55,851 nucleotides of DNA from Dehalococcoidia bacterium (lineage in GTDB: Bacteria; Chloroflexota; Dehalococcoidia; Dehalococcoidales; E44-bin46): assembly GCA_004376105.1 (NCBI GenBank), contig SOKA01000091.1:1-55851 (forward strand), written 5' to 3'. The translations under genes and the position numbers were made by a program. This document shows positions 46,492 through 55,851 of this stretch, one piece after another (positions within the stretch are counted from its first letter, which is position 1; every line of letters begins with the position of its first letter). Below the pieces are notes generated by a model that worked only from the letters and a program-made list of their open reading frames with translations, ran no database searches and was not told the DNA's origin.

Positions 46492-46722
46492 ATGACAAAA
46501 CGGCGTGTAACGCTTACCTTTCCCGCAGAACTACATTCTGAACCCGTTATCTATAACATTGGCCAGCAATTCAATCTAGTAACCACCATTTACCAGGCTG
46601 ATTTGACGGAAGACAGAGGCTGGGTAGTATTGGAACTTGAGGGTGAAGACCAAGATATCGAAGCTGGGATTGCTTGGGCTATCTCTAAGGGAGTGCGGGT
46701 TGACACGATTAGTGATAGCTAG
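46492..46722 (+). CDS. Stand-alone NIL domain protein (76 aa)
   Basis: VTLTFPAELHSEPVIYNIGQQFNLVTTIYQADLTEDRGWVVLELEGE is a NIL-domain-like pattern. Confidence 0.65.
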   Translation: MTKRRVTLTFPAELHSEPVIYNIGQQFNLVTTIYQADLTEDRGWVVLELEGEDQDIEAGIAWAISKGVRVDTISDS

Positions 46723-46746
46723 TCCAGTGACCTCACTTCATATCTA

Positions 46747-46823
46747 TGGTGGGCGGTAGAGGACTTGAACCTCTGACCTCCTGTGTGTAAAACAGACGCT
46801 CTAACCATCTGAGCTAACCGCCC
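46747..46823 (-). tRNA. tRNA-Val (anticodon TAC), CCA encoded
   Basis: GGGCGGT-TA-GCTC..GAGC-G-TCTGT-TTTACAC-ACAGG-AGGTC-AGAGG-TTCAAGT-CCTCT-ACCGCCC-A-CCA. Confidence 0.9.
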
Positions 46824-46828
46824 ACAGG

Positions 46829-46905
46829 TGGCGCGCTTGGTGGGTCTTGAACCCACGACCTCAGCCTCCGCAGGGCTGCGCTCTATCCTACTGAGCTACA
46901 AGCGC
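46829..46905 (-). tRNA. tRNA-Arg (anticodon GCG), CCA encoded
   Basis: GCGCTTG-TA-GCTC-AGTAGGATA-GAGC-G-CAGCC-CTGCGGA-GGCTG-AGGTC-GTGGG-TTCAAGA-CCCAC-CAAGCGC-G-CCA. Confidence 0.85.
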
Positions 46906-46919
46906 CAGAGTAATGGTAG

Positions 46920-47002
46920 TGCCGAAGGGGAGATTTGAACTCCCACGCTCTTACGAACACTACGCCCTGAACGTAGCGCGTCTGCCTTTCCGCCACTTCG
47001 GC
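46920..47002 (-). tRNA. tRNA-Leu (anticodon CAG)
   Basis: GCCGAAG-TG-...-CTACG-TTCAGGG-CGTAG-long variable arm-GGGAG-TTCAAAT-CTCCC-CTTCGGC-A. Confidence 0.9.
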
Positions 47003-47006
47003 ATAA

Positions 47007-47042
47007 TGAGTGATACTGGGCTTGAACCAGTGACCTCTTGCC
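47007..47042 (-). other. tRNA 3'-half-like fragment (variable loop, T-arm and acceptor 3' strand) in the leader of the tRNA operon
   Basis: The minus strand reads GGCAAG-AGGTC-ACTGG-TTCAAGC-CCAGT-ATCACTC-A. I could not fold a matching 5' acceptor strand, D-arm or anticodon arm upstream. Confidence 0.4.
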
Positions 47043-47057
47043 TTCTTTCTGGCTTCC

Positions 47058-47087
47058 ATTATATCCTGCCAGCGCTATGCTGGTCAA
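47058..47087 (-). promoter_or_regulatory. Putative promoter of the tRNA operon
   Basis: Minus strand TTGACC (47087-47082), 18-nt spacer, TATAAT (47063-47058). Confidence 0.55.
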
Positions 47088-47210
47088 CCTCACTATATTT
47101 TGCTTTCAAGCTGGAAGTATACAAAATGCCCTTTGGAGCAGTAGAAAGAAAGTCAGGGAAAGGAGGCAAGAATGTTAAAGTCTTTTTAGAGGGATTAAAT
47201 TGGAAAATCT

Positions 47211-47241
47211 AAGAATAAAAGAGGCTGAACTAGGTTCAGTC
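47211..47241 (-). terminator. Possible terminator at the end of the GroEL/PAC2 operon
   Basis: Short stem CTGAAC-cta-GTTCAG on the minus strand (extendable with a G-U pair), followed by CCTCTTTTATTCTT. It overlaps the stop codon. Confidence 0.4.
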
Positions 47242-48057
47242 CCCCCTTTTTTCGAGAAGTTCACTTACTTCTTTAGCCAATTTCATTTGCTCGTCTTCGC
47301 CTAGAGAAAGTCCCCTCTCTAGTATTCCTATGCATTCATTAACCTCTGAATTTTCCTCTCTTAGCTGAGCTATCTTTTCATTTTGTCTCCTGATCTCCAA
47401 GTCTAACTCGCCCAAATCCAGATCCAAGTTAAACCTCCTATCTAGAAAAGAAAGGGATAGCTTTATTGCCTCAGGGTCCTCTTTGGTAGCCAAGTAAAAC
47501 GGGACTTCAGGCCAAAGACTGGCTCCGGGAATGCCTCTTCTTTGAGCCACCCATAAAAGGCAACTGCTGATAGCTGGTGGTCCTTCCCAGTCCATATCTT
47601 CAAGCCCATAGCTTCGAAGTCCTTCTTGAAATTGCGACTGATTAGAAACTGTCAATATCCTTCGAGGGGTAGTATGGGCGATTGAGGAAACGGTTCCGCT
47701 GACAGTATAAAGCTCTTTTGCCTTACAATGATATTCAGCGAAATCTAGAACCGTATTTAAAAATTTATACCATTCATACTTAGGTCCATTGCTCTTAAAG
47801 ATTAAAAGATTATTTTTCTCACAAGCCCAGAATTTGCTTTCTGGAATCTGGATTAAATCATCTTTAAATACTGCTCCACCTAGTGGGAAAAAGCCTAAAG
47901 GTTTGACCTCTCCAACTTCTAAGCCTCCCAGTTTTTCTTTCAAGAAATTAGTGACTTTAGACCCTATCTTTCCAATATCCCGAGTTTGCCAACCTACAAT
48001 TAAAGATGGACTTTGAAGCTGGGAAGTTCGGTAGACCTCAAACAGGTTTTTCTCCAT
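47236..48057 (-). CDS. PAC2 (proteasome assembly chaperone 2)-family protein, divergent copy
   Basis: SPSLIVGWQTRDIGKIGSKVTNFL is a degenerate version of the PAC2 N-terminal motif. The C-terminal tail is coiled-coil. The start is placed at MEKNLF, overlapping the upstream gene by 20 nt. Confidence 0.6.
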   Translation of the reverse strand: MEKNLFEVYRTSQLQSPSLIVGWQTRDIGKIGSKVTNFLKEKLGGLEVGEVKPLGFFPLGGAVFKDDLIQIPESKFWACEKNNLLIFKSNGPKYEWYKFLNTVLDFAEYHCKAKELYTVSGTVSSIAHTTPRRILTVSNQSQFQEGLRSYGLEDMDWEGPPAISSCLLWVAQRRGIPGASLWPEVPFYLATKEDPEAIKLSLSFLDRRFNLDLDLGELDLEIRRQNEKIAQLREENSEVNECIGILERGLSLGEDEQMKLAKEVSELLEKRGD

Positions 48058-48955
48058 CTTCTTTGTCTCCTTTTTTAAAGAGTTCATCGATATGTTCTTC
48101 AATCCATTTGGCATCCTCTTCGGTTATTGCTCCGGGCTCAACCTGAGTAATGAATTTTCTTTGGTCATACTTTTCTTTCATCTCTGAGGGAAATTTCTCA
48201 TAGATCTTCTCAATAATCTCTTCTATCTGAGTAGTCATATAATCGAGAGCCATAAAATCAATCCTAATTCTGAGAATCTCGGCAAAAACCTCAAGTACCG
48301 ACTTTGAAGCTTTGGGGTAGGGCTGAGGAACTTGAGAGAGCCAATCTGGTATTTCTCCCATTAGACAAATACTTTCTAATCCTCGCTTTTTAGCTACTGC
48401 CAATAAAAGACCATTCAAGCCGGTGATAACGCCTTCGCCTACCTTCCCTTCCATCTGACTCATCAAAATTGTATTTTGATATTTCTTTACTTCCCTGGCT
48501 AGCGTCTCTGAACTTACTACCGCACGGACTCTTGGTTTCATCTGGTGATGAATTAGTGAAACACAGGCTCCTGAAGTATAAACTCTCTGGCAACCAAACT
48601 CTAAGCCTACATCTAAAACGAGATTAGCCATCTGATAAGCCTTTTCTCCTTTACTATAGGCTCCCTCTCCTTCAGTTGGCTGCTGTTCTCCAATGAAAAA
48701 TATCAAATCTTTCTCCTCAACCCTCTGGTAATAAAATTTGTTAGTCGGGAATTTTAAATCTTCCATCAAACCATTTTTGATTGAAACCTTCCGAGGATAG
48801 AAGAAATCCCAAGGCTCTATTTCTCCAAGCTCTTCTGCCTGAAGCTGACCTCGTAAAGTGTCGACAGCAATTATTCCGACGTTTCCAATCCCTGGCCAAC
48901 CAACAATCAGATCCGGTTTTTCAAGTTTCGGTTCTTTATAAAGTTTGATTGTCAT
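48038..48955 (-). CDS. PAC2-family protein, canonical copy
   Basis: KPDLIVGWPGIGNVGIIAVDTLRGQL matches the archaeal PbaA/PbaB-type G-x-PG-x-G-x-VG motif. It starts 15 nt downstream of groEL. Confidence 0.7.
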   Translation of the reverse strand: MTIKLYKEPKLEKPDLIVGWPGIGNVGIIAVDTLRGQLQAEELGEIEPWDFFYPRKVSIKNGLMEDLKFPTNKFYYQRVEEKDLIFFIGEQQPTEGEGAYSKGEKAYQMANLVLDVGLEFGCQRVYTSGACVSLIHHQMKPRVRAVVSSETLAREVKKYQNTILMSQMEGKVGEGVITGLNGLLLAVAKKRGLESICLMGEIPDWLSQVPQPYPKASKSVLEVFAEILRIRIDFMALDYMTTQIEEIIEKIYEKFPSEMKEKYDQRKFITQVEPGAITEEDAKWIEEHIDELFKKGDKEDGEKPV

Positions 48956-48970
48956 CTTTTTATATATGCC

Positions 48971-50668
<1,698 letters not shown>

Positions 50669-50671
50669 CTA

Positions 50672-52870
50672 TTACCAGCTATAAGTATCTTTAATCTGAA
50701 CAACCCTCGTATGGCCGGAAGTGACCACACGGTTGATAACCTGGCTATTATCCTTTATCTTGGTATTAGCGCCAAGGATACACTGTTTAAGACTGACACC
50801 GGCACCAATATTAACGCCTCTCCACAGGACAGCCACCTCTATACTGGCGCTCTCTCCTATACAGCAATCTGGCCCAATAACCACAGGTCCCTTAATGTAT
50901 GTTTTTTGGTCTATTCTGCATTTGCTGCCGATTACTGCTGGTCCCACTATCTCGGCTGAAGGATGGATAATAACATCCTTGTCGCAGCATACCTCATCCC
51001 TACTTAAACCCTCAATAAGGGCGCTTTTTGCTTTCGACAACAAAAGGTCACAATTTAGGCAAAGGTATTTCCCTGGCATTCCCATATCAAGCCAGTAGCC
51101 GCTAAATGGATAGCCATAGACAGGCTCGCCAAGCTCGAGGAGGAGCGGAAACAGCCCCTTCTCAAACATGTAACGAGCATTTGTTGGCACGTGCTCTAAA
51201 ACTTCCGGCTCAAGGAGGTAAATGCCAGCGTTTATCCAGTTGGTGGTTACTCGGGCAGGGCTAGGTTTTTCAATGAAGTGCCTGACCCTTCCATCACTAT
51301 CGGTTTCAACTACCCCGAAGGCACAGGGATTATCCACCCAGGTCAAGGCTATAGTTACCTTCGCCCCTTTGCCTCGATGAAATGCAAGCATATCAGCTAT
51401 ATCAAGATCGGTGAAGATGTCCCCGTTGAGGACGACAAAGGTACTACCTAAGTATCGCTCAGCATTCTTTACCGCCCCGGCAGTGCCCAGTGGCTTATCT
51501 TCCGCAGCATAGTTCAGCTGCACCCCCGAGTTACTGCCATCCCCAAAATAATTCTGAAAGACCTCTGGGAGATGGCTCAATGCCAGAATGATATTCTTAA
51601 CCCCATAGTCCTTAAGGTAAGCGATGGTATGCTCCAAGAAGGGCCGATTCAGCACCGGCATCATTGACTTGGGCATCCCATAGGTGAGCGGGCGTAGCCG
51701 CATACCCTCGCCGCCAACCAGAATAACCGCTTTCAGCAACGGTCTTGGTCTTTCTATCACTCCAGCAGGTGCATATTTGGTGCTAAGAGAACGCTCAACA
51801 CCCTCATATACCTTCAGGGTCTCTCTGGCTGTTTTCTCCCAGGAGAACTGCGCTGCCTGCTCAAGTCCCTTTGACACCAGTTCCCGCTTTAAGTGCTTAT
51901 CGGTAAGAACCATCCGAAGAGCACTAGCAATGCCGTCCGTGTCATGAGGATTGACCTTAATGGCTGCTTCCCCAACAATCTCCGGTAGCGAAGCCACATT
52001 GGAGACTATCACTGGGCAGCCGCAGGCCATCGCCTCCAGGGGTGGAAAGCCAAAGCCTTCACAGAAGGAAGGCAGGATAAAGCACTCGGCACCAGAGTAG
52101 TAGGCAGGTAAATCCTCTCGAGCTACATAATCAGCAAAAACTATCTCATTTGATAGCCCTAACTCATTAATCACCTGAAGGGTGTGCTTTCTAAACTCTG
52201 CCTCCGGCCTCCCAGCTCTGCCCACCTTCACCAGCTTAAGGTCTTTGAACCCCCCTTGGCTCTTTAACTTGCTGAAGCCCTTAAGCAGCCCAGCGAAATT
52301 CTTTCGAGGGTGCTCTGAACCAACGAAGAGAAGATACGGGTAGTCCACCAGTCGGCGGGGGGTCGGTTGGAACAGTCCATGGTCTATACCTTCGTAGACT
52401 ACGGAGATACGCTCCTCTGGTACCCCCAAGTGCTGGACTAAATCGTGTTTTGTTGCCTGGGATACAGCAATCACCCTGGTGGCTTTCTTCACCCCTCGGT
52501 AATCCCGGGAAAGGTAGAACCTGTCCCTGAGATTAGGCTGGTGGATAAAGGTGCTGTATCCCTTGAGGTCGAAATACCTTATGAGGTCATGCACGGTGAT
52601 GATGTAAGGAACCTTCAGGAAGAGGCCATAACGTCCCAAGTGCTGATTGGGCAAGTGGATGATGCCATCCAGCCTGTTAAGCATCCTTAAGAAGTGCCAG
52701 TCCTCCCGGATGGCTCTCAGGGCACCCGGTGAGAACCATGAAGTATTGAAGCGCTCAGCAATCCTCTGATAGATGTCGGTGTAAGCCTTTGGCACATCCA
52801 GTTTCTCGGCAAGCTTTTCAGCATAGAGGTCCATTGAGCCGAGGCCTTTTGTTACCACCAGAGTTACCAT
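50672..52870 (-). CDS. Fusion protein: GT4 glycosyltransferase (N-terminal) plus sugar-1-phosphate nucleotidyltransferase with a left-handed beta-helix (C-terminal)
   Basis: The N-terminal half carries the GT4 E-x7-E region ([25 protein letters not shown]). From about residue 375 it reads [46 protein letters not shown], followed by hexapeptide repeats. Confidence 0.8.
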   Translation of the reverse strand: MVTLVVTKGLGSMDLYAEKLAEKLDVPKAYTDIYQRIAERFNTSWFSPGALRAIREDWHFLRMLNRLDGIIHLPNQHLGRYGLFLKVPYIITVHDLIRYFDLKGYSTFIHQPNLRDRFYLSRDYRGVKKATRVIAVSQATKHDLVQHLGVPEERISVVYEGIDHGLFQPTPRRLVDYPYLLFVGSEHPRKNFAGLLKGFSKLKSQGGFKDLKLVKVGRAGRPEAEFRKHTLQVINELGLSNEIVFADYVAREDLPAYYSGAECFILPSFCEGFGFPPLEAMACGCPVIVSNVASLPEIVGEAAIKVNPHDTDGIASALRMVLTDKHLKRELVSKGLEQAAQFSWEKTARETLKVYEGVERSLSTKYAPAGVIERPRPLLKAVILVGGEGMRLRPLTYGMPKSMMPVLNRPFLEHTIAYLKDYGVKNIILALSHLPEVFQNYFGDGSNSGVQLNYAAEDKPLGTAGAVKNAERYLGSTFVVLNGDIFTDLDIADMLAFHRGKGAKVTIALTWVDNPCAFGVVETDSDGRVRHFIEKPSPARVTTNWINAGIYLLEPEVLEHVPTNARYMFEKGLFPLLLELGEPVYGYPFSGYWLDMGMPGKYLCLNCDLLLSKAKSALIEGLSRDEVCCDKDVIIHPSAEIVGPAVIGSKCRIDQKTYIKGPVVIGPDCCIGESASIEVAVLWRGVNIGAGVSLKQCILGANTKIKDNSQVINRVVTSGHTRVVQIKDTYSW

Positions 52871-53353
52871 TTTTTACCTCACGCTCTCCTGAAAGGTTTC
52901 AAGCACCATGGCCTAAATGATACCCTATCCTCAGCACTTCTTCTGAATTTAAGCTCAATTTTCATTAGAAATTTCCTTACCAATAAAGAATAAGGATAAC
53001 ACTAGCGAAATTGTAGTAACTGTTGTAACGATCTTTGGCGCTCTCAATCCCTGGTAGGGCTAAAGCGATAGAGAGGGTTTAAGTTGCTTGAGAGACACCT
53101 ATCGTTATTGATTTCCCAGAACATTGAACCGATAGAAGCTGCCTCCCTATTTTAACTTTACCCTAAGACAAGCTTGTAGTCAAGGTTCCTCTCGCTGTAT
53201 AGGAAAGGTTCTGAACCACTTTTCTTAGTGGCGATAATGCCAGAGTGGGTTCAATTCTACTTTAGCAAGCTTCCCCATCCTGCCAGGAAAAGAAAGCCTG
53301 TAGATTTCTAACATGCCTTTGAGCCGCTGCTTGGGGGTTATAAATCACCAGGA

Positions 53354-53784
53354 TTATTTCAAGGGCGAAAAGTGCCCCTCATCCAGATAACCTTGCAGAA
53401 TAATTGCTGCGGCTACAGCATCATCCCGAGCTTTCTTCCTGGGTTTCTTGGCATTAGCTGCTTGCATCAAGCGCTTGGCTGATACTGTTGATAAGCGCTC
53501 ATCCCTAAACTCTACAGGAACTTTGGTTTGGCTACATAGTTTCTGGACAAAAGCCTTTACCTTTTCTGCTTGCTTACCTAGACTACCGTCCATAGAGCGG
53601 GGCAAGCCAACTACAATTCGCTCGACCTGATGCTGGCTTATAATGTTAATAATAGCCTCAATATCCGCCGTCTCATTTTTGCAGTTGATAATAGTAAATG
53701 GGCTAGCTAGTATGCCCTGGGGGTCGCTGAGGGCTACTCCGATTCTTTTATCTCCAATATCAAGTCCTAGGCTACGCGTTTCAT
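53354..53784 (-). CDS. ruvX: Holliday-junction-resolvase-like/pre-16S nuclease RuvX (YqgF); start codon unresolved
   Basis: SLGLDIGDKRIGVALSD...IVVGLPRSMDGS...DERLSTV...DDAVAAAIILQGYLD. The conserved N-terminus has no in-frame ATG, GTG or TTG upstream (see findings). Confidence 0.7.
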
Positions 53785-53824
53785 GTACCTCCAGACTGTT
53801 TAAGTGCGGGTGGAGTATAAATTC

Positions 53825-55851
53825 TTATATTAGGCTTTTCACCAGCCGAAGGGCCTCATCTAATTTACCTTTATACTTGCCACCCGCCTGGGCAAATTGG
53901 GCTTTACCCCCACCACTGCCACCAGTAACCCTAGCCACTTGTTTAACTATTTCTCCGGCATTGTAGCCTCTAGCGACTAAATCTGGGGTTACCGCGGCTA
54001 AGAAAACAGGTTTATTATCATAAATTGTGCCCAGAACTACGACCACGCTTTTTAGTTGTTCCCTGAGCAGGTCGCTCATTTCTCGCAGAGCCTCCAGCCG
54101 TGAAGATGGCACCTTAGCTGACAGCACCTTTACCCCGTTAATCACTTCTGTCTGAGCTAATAAGGATGTGGCTATTTTCTTAGACAGCTCCCTCTCCAGA
54201 GCCAGAACCCGCCTACGCTCCTTATTCAGTTCAGTAACTAAACTAGATACCTTGTCCTGAACATCATCTGGCGAAGCTCCCAGAGACTCAGTAACATTAT
54301 GTAAAATAGAAAATTGTGTGTCAATAAACTCCTCAGCCCCCCTACCGGTAACGGCTTCAATGCGACGCAACCCGGCACCAATGCTAGTCTCACTAATGAT
54401 GTGAAAGAAACCTATCTCCCCAGTTGAGGCGACATGGGTGCCGCCACACAGTTCAGCGCTAATAAAAGGTTCACCTATTTTCACGGCTCGAACTACATCG
54501 CCATACTTTTCATCAAACAGAGCTATAGCCCCTTCCTCTATAGCCTTTTTATATGGAATCTCCTCACCATATACCCTGAGGTTCTGGCGAATTTTGGCAT
54601 TGACAATATGTTGTGTCTCCTGTAATTCCTTTTTTGTCATTGCTGTTAGGTGGGAGAAGTCAAATCTAAGTCGGTCTGGGGCTACCAGTGAGCCCCTTTG
54701 CTCAACATGCTCACCTAATACTTGTCGCAGAGCCAACTGAAGTAAATGTGTAGCCGTATGATTGCGCGCAATATCAAGCCGTCGTTCTCCATCTACCACC
54801 GCCTCAACCTCATCCCCCTCAGTTAAGCTTCCCTCGGTAACATACCCCTGGTGGACAATAATGTCTGGTGGAACTCGACTAGTATTGGTAACAGAAAATT
54901 TACCTGACGGGCTGATTATCTGACCAGTATCACCTGCCTGTCCTCCCATCTCGCCATAGAAGGGGGTGGATTCTAAAATCAGGCCTGCCTCTTGCCCCTC
55001 TTGTATCATCTCTACAGACTTATTACTAACTAAGAGGCTAACAATAACCGATTTATGTTTGAGGCTGTGATAGCCAACAAAAGGCTTTATATGAGGCTTA
55101 TGCACCACGCTTGCGGAAACCTTAAGGCCAAGTTTGACTTCAGCCGTTCTAACAAAGTGTATGGGGCCACGGGTTGTCTTAGTAGACCCGCAACTTGGAC
55201 ACTCTTTATCACTCTCCTTCAACCTTGTGCTGCACTCTGCACACCTCAAAATCTTGACCGTCCGGGCTCGCTCCCGCTGTTTCTCCATTTCCTGGTTAAA
55301 GCCTTCTAAATCTACCGAAAAACCGCGCTCAGCAGCAATCTCTGTGGTTAGCTCTACCGGGAAGCCATAGGTATCGTAGAGTCTGAATACTTCGTTGCCA
55401 GAAATATTCTCACCCCAGCGCTCAATCTCGCCAAGAATCTCTTGGGCAGGTTTCCCCAGTTGACCGCCTTCCTCCTCTAACTGTTCAAGAAAATCGTAGG
55501 TCAATCGTGAAATCGTCTCCGCAGCGATTTCAGCCCCAATCTCGCCTCCTGTTTCCCATCCACCACCTACAAACCCATATTGCTCCAAAATCTTTGCACT
55601 ATTTTCAGACGCAGGTCTAAAATCTCGTAAAAACAGAACTAGCTCCGGCATTGCGCCTCGATGAGCCTTACGATACCCTAGTAGACCCTCAATAACCTCT
55701 AAGCCCACATCAAGTGTCTGCCCAAATCTTTTCTCTTCCTGCTCAATGACCTTAATAATGAAGTCCCGTTTTTGCACTATTTCGGGGTAAATGTACCCCA
55801 TCTGTTCAACAGTGGTCTTAGCTGCTTCAGCCAAGAATGGTTTATCTACTC
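53825..55851 (-). CDS. alaS: Alanine--tRNA ligase; the N-terminal catalytic part lies beyond the right window edge
   Basis: FRLYDTYGFPVELT, TPFYGEMGGQAGD, NHTATHLL, LCGGTHV, and the C-terminal DHHA1-like GGSGGGKAQFAQAGG. The frame stays open to the window end. Confidence 0.9.
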   Translation of the reverse strand, partial: VDKPFLAEAAKTTVEQMGYIYPEIVQKRDFIIKVIEQEEKRFGQTLDVGLEVIEGLLGYRKAHRGAMPELVLFLRDFRPASENSAKILEQYGFVGGGWETGGEIGAEIAAETISRLTYDFLEQLEEEGGQLGKPAQEILGEIERWGENISGNEVFRLYDTYGFPVELTTEIAAERGFSVDLEGFNQEMEKQRERARTVKILRCAECSTRLKESDKECPSCGSTKTTRGPIHFVRTAEVKLGLKVSASVVHKPHIKPFVGYHSLKHKSVIVSLLVSNKSVEMIQEGQEAGLILESTPFYGEMGGQAGDTGQIISPSGKFSVTNTSRVPPDIIVHQGYVTEGSLTEGDEVEAVVDGERRLDIARNHTATHLLQLALRQVLGEHVEQRGSLVAPDRLRFDFSHLTAMTKKELQETQHIVNAKIRQNLRVYGEEIPYKKAIEEGAIALFDEKYGDVVRAVKIGEPFISAELCGGTHVASTGEIGFFHIISETSIGAGLRRIEAVTGRGAEEFIDTQFSILHNVTESLGASPDDVQDKVSSLVTELNKERRRVLALERELSKKIATSLLAQTEVINGVKVLSAKVPSSRLEALREMSDLLREQLKSVVVVLGTIYDNKPVFLAAVTPDLVARGYNAGEIVKQVARVTGGSGGGKAQFAQAGGKYKGKLDEALRLVKSLI

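Noticed and set aside
47043-47093. Possible 5' half completing the tRNA-like fragment into a full or unusual tRNA (Sec, Ser or intron-containing)
   Set aside because: I could not form an acceptor stem (no GAGTGAT), a D-arm or a 5-7-5 anticodon arm. The segment instead reads as TTGACC-18 nt-TATAAT, a promoter.
46913-47212. 99-aa plus-strand ORF (also 46896-47093 minus)
   Set aside because: It spans tRNA-Leu(CAG), the tRNA fragment and the tRNA operon promoter, so it is spurious.

Overview
The window holds about 60 protein genes, 5 tRNAs and one cobalamin riboswitch. There is no rRNA, no CRISPR array and no intact mobile element. Gene content suggests an anaerobic bacterium with many archaeal-type genes, possibly Chloroflexota/Dehalococcoidia-like; this is inference only.

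Layout, left to right:
- 1-5.3 kb: purine salvage (ade, hpt), a B12-riboswitch-controlled BtuCD-like pair, and surE.
- 5.4-11.6 kb: an SDR, a sugar-type ABC locus with no ATPase, and an orphan binding protein.
- 11.9-16.5 kb: tRNA-Leu, small genes, and an nrpR-hisF-gdhA nitrogen unit.
- 17-34.7 kb: a same-strand amino-acid utilisation cluster with an Lrp/AsnC regulator. It encodes a D-aminoacylase, LivKHMGF-type importer, OrtA/OrtB thiolase, M28 peptidase, alanine racemase, alanine dehydrogenase, a flavodoxin-like protein, an AMP-forming acyl-CoA synthetase and two pairs of unknown paralogs.
- 34.7-35.2 kb: a truncated integrase next to tRNA-Lys.
- 35.3-43.9 kb: a lipoprotein, MscS, a five-gene operon of mostly unknown function ending in an archaeal-type thymidylate synthase, and archease-rtcB-cysK-nitroreductase.
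- 44-46.7 kb: an archaeal-type homocysteine/sulfide assimilation cluster.
- 46.7-47.1 kb: a tRNA operon.
- 47.2-52.9 kb: an operon of a GT4/NDP-sugar-pyrophosphorylase fusion, a GroES-less GroEL and two PAC2-family proteins.
- 53.3-55.9 kb: ruvX and alaS.

Best candidates for undescribed biology:
- the ortAB cluster, which lacks the canonical ornithine-pathway partners;
- the GroEL plus PAC2-pair operon;
- the unknown operon at 37.8-40.4 kb;
- the bacterial NrpR unit.

All calls come from reading the sequence and ORF translations. No database search was run.
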